Under the pieces are notes generated by a model. That model searched no databases, was not told the DNA's origin, and worked only from the letters and a program-made list of their open reading frames with translations. Both the position numbers and the translations under genes were made by a program. This document shows, one piece after another, positions 1-12,470 of a stretch of DNA of 64,000 bases. Source of the stretch: Eledone cirrhosa (Eukaryota); NCBI GenBank assembly GCA_964016885.1, contig OZ024751.1:20522001-20586000 (forward strand). The letters are read 5' to 3'. How positions within the stretch are numbered: the first letter of the stretch is position 1; every line of letters starts with the position of its first letter.

Positions 1-113
1 CTTTATTTCACGTTGCTCCTTCTACCTGGAGTTGCGACCGATAGATAGTATTAGCAATTGGAAAGACCAACGGAAACATTGTTCCCTCCGTCCGATTTGA
101 CAAAAGTCGATCG
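1..113 (+). mobile_element. 3' part of tRNA-derived CORE-type SINE (runs off window start)
   Basis: Nearly identical to 45791-45903, which is preceded by a tRNA-like head. Confidence 0.75.
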
Positions 114-117
114 TTCC

Positions 118-151
<34 letters not shown>

Positions 152-159
152 GGCCGAGG

Positions 160-310
160 GTGGCCTTTTGACAGAGACGTTAGAACGTCAAACATATTAT
201 TTGTGGCATTCATTACGGTTCTCCGCGTTCAAATTTCGCCGAGGTCAACTTTGCCTTTCAACCTTTCGCAGTTGATAAATATAACACCAGCTCAGCACTG
301 AGCTCGACTC
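160..310 (+). mobile_element. Diverged copy of the main tRNA-derived SINE
   Basis: GTTCAAATTTCGCCGAGGTCAACTTTGCCTTTCA matches the main SINE consensus in this window. Confidence 0.65.
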
Positions 311-369
311 CTCCTCTTCTGTCTCTGTCTCTCTCTCTATATATATATATATATTTATTTATTTAGGTT

Positions 370-757
370 TGTTGGTTCACCACTGGATAGAATTGGTCAT
401 TCCGTATGGTCAATCTTGATGTAATATTATGGAGAGTACTCAACGTAGTGCAGTTCACCCGTCTTCGTTTTTGTAGTTGGTGGTGCTAATACAGGAGGCT
501 GGACTGGTGTAAATCCTTGAAAAGTTTATTATACCATGATCATTTCAATGACCGGTTCAGTCGCCCTCGATGAAAGCAGCTAGTTGGTCAGTCGTCCTCT
601 CTGTCTCTGATTTTCGGACCCATGGATTTTATATATTCCTTTGTTATATTTCGAATACCTGATGATATCACCGGATTCATACGGAACCCGGTCATTGAAA
701 TGATCATGGTATAATAAACTTTTCAAGGATTTACACCAGTCCAACCTCCTGTTATTT
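370..757 (+). mobile_element. PLE-derived fold-back insert with hammerhead-like motif (654-712)
   Basis: Inverted arms 491-558 and 684-752; CTGATGA at 659 and GAAA at 697; (TA)n on both sides; related copy at 15705-16020. Confidence 0.7.
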
Positions 758-763
758 TATTTA

Positions 764-798
<35 letters not shown>

Positions 799-814
799 AT
801 AATAATAAATGTGA

Positions 815-1170
815 AGAATAAAATCCAAAGAGGGCTTGATAAGGATAAATATATTCCGAAGCCGAGAATCATTCGGTTTCCTAAATAGAATTTTAGTCTA
901 CGACTTCATTTATACCATAAACGTGCTTTTGTCTTTGCGTGTAATTGTTCTCACGCACCACAAAACGACGTATTATCTTCGCTTTTTTTCCCGTTCATTG
1001 CCAGAGAACGTCTCCAAGAACCAAAGTATCGTCTTCCTGTCTTCCTTCGGTTGCAACGTTTTTCGAAATATTTACTTCTGCGTTCACAGATTGATTTTTT
1101 TACTTTCAGAAGATCCCGTTAAGGGTGAAGCAGTGATTTTTTGCTTAAACTTTAATCTATTATTTTAATA
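815..1170 (+). mobile_element. Dispersed repeat, probable PLE 3' region with degenerate hammerhead (cagaagatcccgttaagggtgaag)
   Basis: Homologous to 44863-45187; the start also matches 5531-5568; flanked by (TA)n. Confidence 0.55.
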
Positions 1171-1179
1171 AATAAATAA

Positions 1180-1241
<62 letters not shown>

Positions 1242-1541
1242 TAGTAGCTGAACCCGGGGCCACTTTTTATTAAGTTAATAATTTGAAAAATATTATTGAA
1301 AGTTTATTATAAAGAAGCAGTTTCAGGGAAAAAAATAGAAATATGCACTTGGAACTGGACTGCATACAATGAGAAGTGGAGCGACGTGAAAAGCGTTGTT
1401 TATTAACAGCGAAATAGCAATGTCGATGATATGCAATAAACAAATTGGTGTATGGGTAGTGCCAGATGTACAATAACATGTGTGGAGGAGGTGTGACAGG
1501 AGTTTCGACTGTAACGTGTACCAAAGTTACCTTGGGATAAA

Positions 1542-1652
1542 AATAATTGTTTCTACTTTTGGCACAAGGCCAGCAATTACCCAGTGCATTACTGGTACTT
1601 TATTTTATCGACCCCGTAAGGATGAAAAACAAAGTTAACCTCGGCGGGATTT
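1542..1652 (-). mobile_element. Partial main SINE
   Basis: Matches the 3' half of the SINE copies at 2095-2280 and 8285-8471. Confidence 0.8.
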
Positions 1653-1899
1653 AAGGAAAAACCTGAAGTTTGTTCTCATTAACATCATTTTCAAATTGCC
1701 CCTGACCCCCACTTAAATATTCAAATTGCTTCCCTGCGAAGCATGCTCCCCACGCTGTGAATAACTTTCCTAGATATTCCTTGTTCGTACCAACAAAAAT
1801 GACAGGAAAGACATAGTTGGAACATCTTTGAGCTTAAAACTGCTCGGTCATGATAGAGCTGAGGTTAAACAACAACAATACATTGATCTGGTGATTTTA

Positions 1900-2094
1900 C
1901 GGGCCAAACCAACCGATAGGAGAGACCCAGGGTTAGATATCCGAGAAAGATAATTGGATAACATCCATGAGCTCAGTTGATCTCTCTAGGGGATCCAGCC
2001 GGATCAACTAGAGATGGTTGTTTCTGACAGGACCCGCTGGATGGCGTGTTTGAGGACTCTGTTCCCCAACGACCCTCCGAAGAAGAAGAAGAAG
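1900..2094 (+). mobile_element. RTE-type LINE 3' end fragment with (GAA)n tail
   Basis: Degenerate translation RRPRVRY...LEMVVSDRTRW resembles an RTE ORF C-terminus; ends in GAA repeats. Confidence 0.5.
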
Positions 2095-2280
2095 ATAATT
2101 GTTTCTACTTTTGGCACAAGGCCAGCAAATGCCCAGTACATTACTGATACTTTATTTTATCGACCCCGTAAGGATGAAAGGCAAAGTTAACCTCGGCGGG
2201 ATTTGAACTCAGAATGATAAGGGCCGTAACTCTATGCGTCAAAGCATGGCGTCCGACCCTCTACCGATACTGCCAATCCA
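2095..2280 (-). mobile_element. Main tRNA-derived SINE (MetaSINE-like body GCCTTTCATCCTTACGGGGTCGATAAAATAAAGTACCAG)
   Basis: A-box-like TGGCAGTATCGG and B-box GAGTTCAAATCC on minus; more than 12 copies in the window. Confidence 0.85.
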
Positions 2281-2744
2281 GAAGATAATAATAAAGCTGA
2301 TAAAGGTGATACGATGGTCAACTGAAATGTTCAAAGGCTGACCAAGATACTCTCATGGAATGACCAAATGAGGTTTATTTATCAAAATAGTCTCACGAAA
2401 GAAATAATGCAGTTATTAATAAGAAAAGTTGAAATTAATATATGCAAGATTTCACAGCTCTAGCATCACTCCTTCATAGTCAACCTATGAACTTTGAAGC
2501 CGACCCTCGTTTTTTGTGCAACCAAGTGAAAAGAAAATGAAAAATAAAAAAAAAATTAAAAGAAAAAAAAACGTTACAAAAACAACACTGAAATAAATAT
2601 ATGAATAAATACATAAATAATTAATTAATTTAAGAAATCGTTAATTAAAAGACAATGCTAAATTAAGGAATATATGAATAATGAATATATATATTAATTA
2701 ATCATTAGACAGTGACAGTTCATGTTAGTGTATAGTAAGTTGTA

Positions 2745-3041
2745 TGTATATCTAATTGTGTAATGAATGTGTGTGTATGTGTGTGTGTAAATGTGTGTAT
2801 TTGTGATTGTGTGTGTATAAGTGTAATTGTGTGTGTGTGAATGTGTGTATCAATGTGTGTGTGTGAAAGTGTGTGTGACTGCCTGTGCGTGAATGTTTGT
2901 ATGTGTATGTGTGTGCGAATGTATGTGTGCGTATGTGTGTGTGTGTTTCGGTGTGAATGTGTGTGTGAATATATGTCTGTGTGTTTGTGTGTGTATGTCT
3001 GTGTGTTTGTGTGTAAATGTGTGTATATATGTGTGTGCGAA

Positions 3042-3080
<39 letters not shown>

Positions 3081-3387
3081 ATGTTTGTGTATGTCTGTGT
3101 TTTTGTGTGTTTGTATGTGAATATGCGTATGTATGTGAATGTGTGTGTGTGTATGTGTGAATGCATGTACACACACAAATATACAAACACCGTCATGCAC
3201 ACGCAACACACACACACCCACACACACACTAACACACACACTCACACACTAACACATACACACACATTTTACACACACACACAAATACACGCACACACAC
3301 ACACAAATACACAGACACACACACGCGCACACATGTACAAGCAAACACAGGCACACACGCAAACACATATACACACAAATACACACA

Positions 3388-3486
<99 letters not shown>

Positions 3487-3525
3487 ATACAAATACACAG
3501 ACACACGCAAAACACAAACAATACG
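2745..3525. repeat. Degenerate (TG)n followed by (CA)n microsatellite
   Basis: Directly visible; orientation switches near 3166. Confidence 0.95.
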
Positions 3526-3837
3526 CGCGCTCATATTCGAACATTCTAGCGGATAGATATGACGCCATGACACCATGACGCCTAAAACGTAGAGAGAAGT
3601 TCCCCTTCTGAAACACAGAACTATTTTACAAGGCCTGAAAAATCTACCTTAACCCAGTCGTAAAAGTATAATTTATGTATTTATAACTCCACCAGTGTTG
3701 TATACACCTTTGATCGCGATCTTAACTCCCTTCTGACACCGACAGCGGCGACACCGAGATTTAACACACCGCCGCGCCACATCTCCAATAAGATCAGCTT
3801 AAACCTAAAACGAACAAAATAATAATAATGATAATAA

Positions 3838-4044
3838 TAATGGTTTCTTATTTAGGCACAAGGCTGGCAATAGGGGGAGGGAAGTCGATGAAATTGACCC
3901 CAGTGCGTGACTGGTACTTTATTTTATCTACTCCGTAAGGATAAAAGGCAAAGTTAACCTTGGCGGGATTTGAACTCAGATCGTAAAGGGCCGTAACTCT
4001 ATGCGGCAAAGCATGGCGTCCGACCCTCTACCGATACTGCCAAT
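3838..4044 (-). mobile_element. Main SINE
   Basis: Matches SINE consensus; head-to-head with 4164-4356. Confidence 0.85.
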
Positions 4045-4163
4045 GATAATAATGATTTCTTTATTGGCCACAAGGGCTGGCATCAAGAAAAACATTACAG
4101 ACGGTACAGGACGGTACGATGTGGGTTTTGTGCGTGTAAATATTTTTATTATTTATATAAGAA

Positions 4164-4356
4164 GGCGGTGGATTGGCAGTATCAGTAGAGAGTCGGACGC
4201 CATGCTTTCCTGCATAGTTACGTCCCTTTACGGCCTGAGTTCAAATCCCGCCGAGGTTAACTTTGCCTTTCATCCTTACGGGGTCGATAAAATAAAGTAC
4301 CACCAGTAATGTACTGGGTAATTGCTGGCCTTGTGCCAAAAGTAGAAACAATTATT
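4164..4356 (+). mobile_element. Main SINE
   Basis: GGCGGTGGATTGGCAGTATC...GAGTTCAAATCC...AGTAGAAACAATTATT. Confidence 0.9.
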
Positions 4357-4444
4357 TATATAAGAAAAGAAAAAAACATAGAAACATATATATATATATA
4401 TATAGGAGGAGGTTATAGTTCACTTGAAGCATTGTGTAATGAGG

Positions 4445-4682
4445 TATAAACGTTAGAATATGTGTAATAAGGCCAAGACAATGCAGGTATAGACATAGAA
4501 AAAAGAATGCAATAGTGAGAGATATTGATGAGAATTCGTCTTTCACCTTGAATTTATTTAAATGTCCTTAATTTTCGAGATAATATCTCTTCTTCGGAAT
4601 TCTCATCAATATCTCTCACTATTGCATTCTTTTTTCTATGTCCATACCTGCATTGTCTTGGCCTTATTACACATATTCTAAC

Positions 4683-4689
<7 letters not shown>
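4445..4689. repeat. Fold-back insert with ~93-bp arms, within (TA)n
   Basis: 4445-4537 is the near-perfect reverse complement of 4597-4689. Confidence 0.85.
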
Positions 4690-4720
<31 letters not shown>

Positions 4721-4723
<3 letters not shown>

Positions 4724-5028
4724 AAAGTTTTATTTAAAATTGTTGGGTTACAACGAGTAAATATTTTATAACTGATATAAAGCACTCAACAAGTTTTGGA
4801 GTAGATATACGATATTAAACAAATGGAAACTATATTTATAAAACCAAACCAACTTTTTTAAAAGGAAGTTGTTCAAAATTCTATGGTACGTCAAATTTAT
4901 TTATAAAACTGCTTATATATTGTATTTTATCTGAAGAAGGCATGCCATATTTTAAATATGGTATCCCTGAAATATGTATAATGAAATAAATATGGTTTTA
5001 TAAATATAGTTTCCATTTGTTTAATATC

Positions 5029-5032
<4 letters not shown>
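4721..5032 (+). mobile_element. PLE 3' remnant with inverted tail
   Basis: Arms 4807-4846 and 4993-5032; homologous to 33410-33505 and 45355-45580. Confidence 0.8.
4923..4988 (+). ncRNA. Type I hammerhead ribozyme
   Basis: TATTTTAT-CTGAAGA-aggcatgccatatt/aatatggtatccct-GAAA-tatgta-TA-ATGAAATA; AUA cleavage triplet. Confidence 0.8.
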
Positions 5033-5068
<36 letters not shown>

Positions 5069-5127
5069 GAAAATTGAAACAATGAAAAATATTCCCCAAT
5101 AGGGGGGAAAACCTCCGAGGGTTAATG

Positions 5128-5212
5128 AGAAGAAGAAGAAGAAGAAGAAGAAGAAGAAGAAGAAGAAGAAGAAGAAGAAGAAGAAGAAGAAGAAGAAGAA
5201 GAAGAAGAAGAA
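5128..5212. repeat. (GAA)n microsatellite
   Basis: Directly visible. Confidence 0.95.
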
Positions 5213-5469
5213 TGATGATGAAGTCTTTTTCTTTGTCGTCGAAGTTTTACGAGGTTGACTTGTCATCTCTATCGTAGATATGAAAGTTATAAATAAGGAT
5301 AGTCGCCCCTGAGGTGAACACACAGTCCCGCTTATATTGGTGACGTTGGTGTCGGTTGGCTGTGACGTTGTGTCGGCTTGAATTGGATATTGAGCGAGAA
5401 ACATTATACTACCTACTGTGTATATATATATATATCTTTTGTGTATATAAATCTTTTGTATATATATCT

Positions 5470-5512
<43 letters not shown>

Positions 5513-5648
5513 ATAATAATAAATTTGAAGGCTAAAATCCAAAGAGGGCTCGATAAGGATAAATATATATCAAATATATATCTATATCTTTTGTGTGTAT
5601 ATATATATATATCTTTTGTGTGTATATATATATATATATCTTTTGTAC

Positions 5649-5716
<68 letters not shown>

Positions 5717-5835
5717 ATGTATATATCTATATTTTGTACGTATATATATATATATGTGTGTGTATATATATGATTATACAGCACACACAGACACCAACAC
5801 AGACACACGCCCATGTATGTATATATATATATATG

Positions 5836-5874
<39 letters not shown>

Positions 5875-5899
5875 TTGTGTGTGTTGGTGTCTCGGTCTT

Positions 5900-6260
5900 T
5901 GTCTGTGTGTGTGTGAGTGTGTGTATGTGTGTGAGTGCATGTCTGTGTGTGAGTGTATGTCTGTGTGTGAGAGTATGTTTGTGTACGAGTGTATATATGT
6001 GTGTCTGTGTGTGAATGTGTCTGTGTGTCTGTGTGTGAGTGTATGTCTGTGTGTGAGTGTATGTCTGTGTGTGAGTGTATGTCTGTGTGTGAGAGTATGT
6101 TTGTGTACGAGTGTATATCTGTGTGTCTGTGTGTGAATGTGTCTGTGTGTCTGTGTGTGAGTGTATGTCTGTGTGTGAGTGTATGTCTGTGTGTGAGAGC
6201 ATGTCTGTATGTCTGTGTGTTAGTGTATGTCTGTGTGTGAGTCTGTGTGTCTGTGTGTGC
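5900..6260. repeat. TG-rich minisatellite (~18-bp unit gtgtgagtgtatgtctgt)
   Basis: Directly visible. Confidence 0.9.
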
Positions 6261-6445
6261 CATTTGATGAACAAGAAAAGAGTGGCTTAAAAGTCTTGGG
6301 CGTGATAAAGCCCTTCGTCTCCATAATGACTGATTTATTGTCTCTCACAGCTTATGAGGTCAAATTGTTAACTGATAGTGGAATATATACACATATATAT
6401 GTGTGTGTTTATATATATGTGTGTGTTTATATATATATATATATA

Positions 6446-6635
6446 TGGAAAAAATGAAACGAAATTTCATTTCTCACTCTTAGTACGGCTGTTACTTAAA
6501 TATAAGTAGGTATACGTACATACATATATCTATACAGACGTACAGTAGTATGTATATATATATACATACATGCACACATATATATATATATGTACGTATG
6601 GGTTTACGGAACATTTATTATAATGCTCAGTTTGT
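6446..6635 (-). mobile_element. Partial copy of the PLE-tail family whose hammerhead lies at 14511
   Basis: Reverse complement of 14645-14835; also matches 25098-25285. Confidence 0.75.
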
Positions 6636-6690
6636 TATATATATATATATATATATATAGAAGTGTTTACACAACAGTTAGTTCACCATA

Positions 6691-6730
6691 CCGAGAACAA
6701 TTGTTTCACCTTCGCGGATCTTCAGCTCGG
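6691..6730 (-). ncRNA. Minimal type I hammerhead ribozyme in a PLE 3' UTR
   Basis: Minus strand CCGAG-CTGAAGA-tccgcgaaggt-GAAA-caattg-TT-CTCGG; palindromic AACAATTGTT stem III. Confidence 0.85.
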
Positions 6731-6903
6731 GATGTGTATGGTTATAGGAACAGGAAGGACAACCGTACGAACGCGCATGCGCAGAAACTCGGTCACTTCA
6801 CACAGGCAATACTAGACTGCGTAAGGGAGATAACTGCAAAAGTCTGGAAAGTTTTTAGGTTGAAAATAAAATTTTAAAAAATTAAAAATAAAATTACAAA
6901 GAC

Positions 6904-7977
6904 TCAGTTCGGAGCCTTGTAGTTATGCAATAGATGTTTGGTGACGTGTGGACAACGTGTGAAAAATTCACTTCTCGTTTTTAGGCAATCACTATTGCGT
7001 AATCTCTTTAGGATAGTTATTCGTTCGTCAATACATAAGCCACACGTGGGATTTCCCCTTGCGTATGGCTTGGACTTAGTGATGGCTTTCCATTGAATGG
7101 AGTAGCCTATACTTGAGTCATTGAGGGACATACGTGACTCGCGAGTTTCGTGGATGAACGTCTGTCCGGGTATCTGAAGGTAGACTGGTGGTTCAGGAAA
7201 CACTCCTTGAATCGGTCCTCCGCCATGCCCACATAGGATTTGACCTCCTGTGGTTCGTTTGGTCGGTTGGAAGTGACTACAGCTTCATAGATTACAGCTG
7301 GTGTGTTGCATTGCTGTTGAAGGGGGCAAGCTTCAGGCTTACGGCAAGAGCACCCTGGTGGGGTGTTGCTCCTAGGGCTGCTGGTGATGTGGGCCTTCAT
7401 GTTCTTAGCGCAGGAGTATCCTAGTTTAACTTTGTGTCGGTTAAAGAAGGAGCGGTATTTATGACCTATGGGGAAGTGTCTATCTAAGAGGGCTAGAAAT
7501 TGTTTTCCTACATTGGTTTTAACGTTGAGTGAGAAGGGAGGAGAGAAACCAGTCTATTGATGCGCTTACTTTTCTTAATGGTGTTGTTGCTAGTGGGATA
7601 GTAGGTAATAGGTTGTGAGAAGCCGCTGTTAGCCAACGCCCTGTATAGTAGGGTGCCGCCCTGTCAAAGATAGCCTTATTAGAGGAGAGGTTTGAGATTC
7701 TAGTACTGATATTCTTAACGAAGTTTCTAAAAATAGTGGGAGGGTGGCATGAGTCCTTGTGAATGTAATTAAGTTTCTGGTTTAGCTTATGGAAGGGTCT
7801 GTGGGTGTGTGTGCGAAGGTCTAAATCAATGTCTAAGAAATCTACGCTAGAGTGGTTGGTGGCTACTGTTATCCTAAGCCCTAACTCATTGAAGGTAAAA
7901 GCTAAGTCTTTTTTAAACCGGTCGAGGTCGTGACCACTTTTATGGCTCGATAAAGTCAGTCCAGTCGACAACACCAC
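6904..7977 (-). pseudogene. Frameshifted Penelope-like (Naiad-like) retroelement ORF: RT thumb, Cys linker and GIY-YIG endonuclease
   Basis: FLDIDLDL..HPPTIF..RISNLSS; KTNVGKQFLALLDRHFP; CSCRKPEACPLQQQC; VIYEA..SYVG; CGLCIDE..RSEFFTRCPH, spread over several frames. Confidence 0.9.
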
Positions 7978-8284
7978 TTTCCGCCACCTGGCCCATAACG
8001 CTATTACTTCTAAATATAAGAAAGCTAACCCTATGGTTATAGTGTAATATCAGATTTTATTAGCAGTTAAAAAGATCGTTACAAATTTCATCAACATGTC
8101 CTCCAGCCAAAATTGAAAACATGGGTCTATATTGCAGGAAATATCGAACAGTGATTGGAGGAAACTTCCACACAGGGTTCTATGAATAAAAACAAAACAC
8201 TACTTCGATAAACCGCAAGACCTTCAAACCAAACCTGAGATATACAGATCTTCAGGTTCTCATATACTCAGACGCGTATTATAA

Positions 8285-8471
8285 TATAATTGTATCTACT
8301 TTTGGCACAAGACCAACAATTACCAAGTGCATTACTGGTACTTTATTTTATCGACCCCGTAAGGATGAAAAGCAAAGTTAACCTCGGCGGGATTTGAACT
8401 CAGAATGGCAAGGGCCGTAACTCTATGCGTCAAAGCAAGGCGTCCGACCCTCTATCGATACTGCCAATCCA
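8285..8471 (-). mobile_element. Main SINE, followed by an older diverged copy to ~8640
   Basis: Matches SINE consensus. Confidence 0.85.
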
Positions 8472-8869
8472 ATACTTTCTAACTATTATACAAGGTCAAT
8501 AATTTTGGAGAAGATGGGGAAAAACTCTTATAACAAGTGCAGTGCCTGAGTGGTACTTATTTTTAGCTATCCGCAAGAGGTTGAAAAACAAAGTTGACCT
8601 CTTGTGGGATTTTAAATCAGAGCTCAGAGAACCGGATCAAATATCGAATTATTTAATCAAATAGTTAAACAACCTTTAATGCGACGTTTTACCGTCTCTG
8701 TCAATTCTCTGCCTATCTAATGTTAGGAATACAATGTAATAGATTGATTATGCGTTTTTATAAGTGTCATAGTCTCGTTTTATCGTTGTGGTCACGTAAC
8801 CATTTTATTTCGGAGGCAGTCAGTGGAAATTATCGATAAATATTCTAAACTGTATGTCGATGGTGTAGT

Positions 8870-9270
8870 GCAGGTTATGGTGGTTTGGTGGTGGTGGTGG
8901 TAGTGATGATAGTGATGGGTGCTGATGGTAGTGATAATGGTGATGGTGATGGTGGTGATGGTGGTGGTGGTGGTGGTGATGGTGGTGATGGTGGTAGTGA
9001 GGGTGTTGGTGGTGGTGGTAGTGGTGGTGGTAGTGAAGGTGGTGGTGGTGGTGGTGGTGGTGGTTGTGTTAGTGATGGTGGTGCTGGTGGTAGTGGTTAG
9101 TGGTGATGGCGTCGGTGCTGGTGGTAGTGGTAGTGGTGATGGCGGTGGTGCTGGGGGTTGTGGTGCTGGTGGTGGTGATGGTGCTGGTGATGGTGGTGGT
9201 GATGGTGGTGGCGATAGTTAGTGATGATGATGGTGATGGTAGTGGCAGTGGTGGTAGTGATGGTGGTGTG
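8870..9270. repeat. (GGT)n-type degenerate triplet repeat
   Basis: Directly visible. Confidence 0.9.
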
Positions 9271-10529
9271 AATGTAAGTGTGGGGTGGAGGAAATAAGAA
9301 GTCAGATAAGATGGAAGGATGAGCTGGATAATGAATACGAATGTTTATTGAATACGGCGTCGTGATACCACGTGATCTCTTGTTGAACGACTAAAATATC
9401 ATGACTTTGTTTTGTTTCTTTTTCTTTTAAAGACAACACCATAAAATCCCAGGTTTCATCGGAAAAAAAAATTGACGAAAAATACATAAATAGATAGATG
9501 AATAAATAAATGAATGTAAAACAATCGTGTTTACACGTTTTCCTCGTAAACGTATGGATATATATTTATTTATTTATTTGTGTAAAATAATATGGCGTCG
9601 TTATGGAGCGAGTTCGATTTATGGCAGTGATAACTATCTCACATACATTCTCTATAAAGATGTCGTTTTAACGGAAAATTTGAAACGACAAACCAGAAAA
9701 GAAAAAAAATGTATGTTTTATTTTTTAAATTTCCCAATCAATAATCACTGTTCATTTTTTTTTTATTTCATTTTTTTTTTCAGTTCTAAGATATTTTGTT
9801 TTATCGTATTTTGAAACGAAAATTCAACGTTTAGCAAATCCGTTTTTTTTTTGTTTTTTTTTCTTCTTTTACTACATATATTTTTGCTTTGTTTTATTGT
9901 TTTATTCCCCTCACCTTTCAGTTTATTCGTTTATTTACCATTTACAGGTGATTATAAAACCTTTTAAGAAAAGACGAGGAAGAAAAAATAATCACCCAGA
10001 AATATATCCCATGTACACACTAATATAAGAAGCACATTATAAGAAGCATCGCACTATAAACGCCATTTAAAACCATTATTTTAATGCTTTTAACATAGCG
10101 CAGTTCAAATGGTTCACTTACTGCATAATGGTTTTTAATATATGCACAAGGCCAAGCATGTTGTGGAGGTGTGAGTGTGATAGATAGGTAGGATGGGTTG
10201 TATAATCGTTTAAAACCGACACCTGAATTTGATTTCGTATCAGCTCAGGGAGAAAGTAAAAGAAAAGAAAGGAAAACTATCTGGTGATATCGTCGGTGGA
10301 TCTCTATCAGACAAATGTTAGTCTTTTATTCTGTTTCATGCCACTATGGATAAAACAAAGAAGCAAAGTGCCAGCCCAGTAGGCTATGTAGTACGCCTGA
10401 TTCGTGAAAGAAATAATAACTATCTATCTACACCAAATGTCACATCGTTCACCTGACTTTACACGTGACCTCCAAAGCACTCTATCCATTATCAGCATTC
10501 TGAGCTCTCCTACACTATCCATTGGCTGA

Positions 10530-11395
10530 TTGGTTAGTTGGCTGGGTAACTGAATTGGTGGTTGGATTATTGACTGGCTGGTTGGTTGGCTGGCTGACTG
10601 GTTGGTTTACTGGCTGGTTGGCTGGCTGGCTTGGTGGTTGGGTCGTTGGTTGTTTGGTTGGCTGGCTTGTCTGGTTCGTTATTTAGTTGGCTGATTAGTA
10701 GCTGATTAGCTCGGGGGCTGGTTGTTTCGTTATTTGGCTGGTTGGCTGGTTGGTTGGTTGGTTGGCTGGCTGGTTGGCTGGTTGGTTGGTTGGTTGGTTA
10801 GCTGGTTGGTTCGTTGGCTGGTTGGCTGGTTGGCTGGTTGGCTGGTTGGTTAGCTGGTTGGCTGGTTGGTTAGCTTCTTGGCTGGCTGGTTAGTTGAGTG
10901 GCTGTTAGGGTGGCTGGCTGGTTGGTTGGTTGGTTAGCTGGTTGGCTGGATGGTTGGTTGGTTGGCTGGTTGGCTGGTTGGTTGGTTAGCTGGCTGGTTG
11001 GTTAGCTGGTTGGCTGGCTGGTTGGTTGGTTGGCTGGTTGGTTGGTTAGCTGGCTGGTTGGTTGGTTGGCTGGTTGGTTGGTTAGCTGGCTGGTTGGTTG
11101 GCTGGCTGGTTGGTTGGTTGGTTGGTTGGTTGGTTGGTTGGTTGGCTGGTGCGTGGCTGGTTGGTTGGGTGTCTAGTTAGTTGGGTGGTTGGCTGGTTGG
11201 GTGTCTGGTTAGTTGGTTGGCTGGTTAGTTGGTTGGCTGTTTGGGTGACTGGTTAATTGAGTGTCTGGTTGGTTGAGGGTCTAGCTGGTTGGCTGGCTAT
11301 TTGGTTGACTGGTTAGTAGTTTGGTTAGTTGGCTGACTAGTCGTGTGTTTGTTTGGTTGATTTGCTGGCCAGCTGGCTGGCTGGTTGGTTGGTTG
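10530..11395. repeat. (TGGT/TGGC)n tetranucleotide array
   Basis: Directly visible. Confidence 0.95.
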
Positions 11396-11484
11396 AAAAT
11401 ATCCATCATCAACAATTATCAAATTACACAGTTTTATGTTTTAAGCTACATTACTGTGTCATGAACTCGTGTTTTTGTGTGGTT

Positions 11485-12470
11485 GTATCTCTCTTTATGT
11501 GTGTGTCTGTGTGTGTATGTCTCTTTATGAGTGTGTGTGTGTATGTCTCTTTATGAGTATGCGTGTGTGTGTCTGTGTGTGTATGTCTCTTTATGAGTGT
11601 GTGTGTGTCTGTGTGTGTATGTCACTTTATGAGTGTGTGTGTGTGTGTCTGTGGTTGTATGTCTCTTTATGAGTGTGTGTGTGTGTGTCTGTGTGTGTAT
11701 GTCTCTTTATGAGTGTGTGTGTGTGTCTGTGTGTATGTCTCTTTATGAGTGTGTGTGTTTGCGTGTGTCTGTTTGTGTATGTCTCTTTATGAGCGTATGT
11801 GTGCACGTGTGTCTGTCTGTATATGTGTATGTTTCTTTATGAGTGTGTGTGTGTCTGTTTGTGTATGTGTATGTCTCTTTATATGAGTGTGTGTGTTTGT
11901 GTGTCTGTTCTTGTATGTGTATGTCTCTTTATGAGTGTGTGCGTGTCTGTATGTCTTATTATGAGTGTGTGTGTGTATGTCTCTTTATGAGTGTGTCTGT
12001 GTCTGTATGTCTCTTTATGAGTGTGTGTGTGTCTGTATGTCTCTTTATGAGTGTGTATGTGTATGTCTCTTTATGTGTGTGTGTGTGTGTGTATGTGAAT
12101 GTCTCTTTATGAGTGTGTATGTGTATGTCTCTTTATGAGTGTGTATGTGTATGTCTCTTTATGAGTGTGTGTGTCAGTATGTCTCTTTATGAGTGTGTGC
12201 ATGTGTATGTCTCTTTATGAGTGTGTGTGTGTGTGTGTATGTCTCTTTATGAGTGTGTGTATGTGTATGTCTCTTTTTTAGTGTGTGCATGTGTATGTCT
12301 CTTTATGAGTGTGTGTGTGTGTGTGTGTGTGTGTATGTCTCTTTATGAGTGTGTGTATGTGTATGTCTCTTTATGAGTGTGTGTGTGTGTGTATGTCTCT
12401 TTATGAGTGTGTGTGTGTATGTCTCTTTATGAGTGTGTGTGTGTATGTCTCTTTATGAGTGTGCGTGTGT
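11485..12470. repeat. Minisatellite GTATGTCTCTTTATGA(GT)n
   Basis: About 30 copies of a constant core separated by variable GT spacers. Confidence 0.95.

Noticed and set aside
1240-1540. Helitron 3' end (reverse complement ..CTAG|T next to a GC-rich stretch)
   Set aside because: The subterminal hairpin is incomplete and there is no helicase similarity or second copy.
2745-3525. (TG)n/(CA)n as a true inverted duplication
   Set aside because: The interruptions are not mirrored; complementarity comes only from the dinucleotide repeat.
6904-7400. Selenoprotein-type Naiad (in-frame TGA at Cys positions)
   Set aside because: The conserved cysteines here and at 32119-32323 use ordinary Cys codons; no SECIS recognised by eye.
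9840-10020. Possible exon after a polypyrimidine tract (TTTACAG|GTG)
   Set aside because: No convincing ORF, donor site or recognisable protein follows.
11485-12470. Constant 16-bp core with variable spacers, superficially CRISPR-like
   Set aside because: Spacers are only (GT)n variants, the context is eukaryotic and there are no cas genes.
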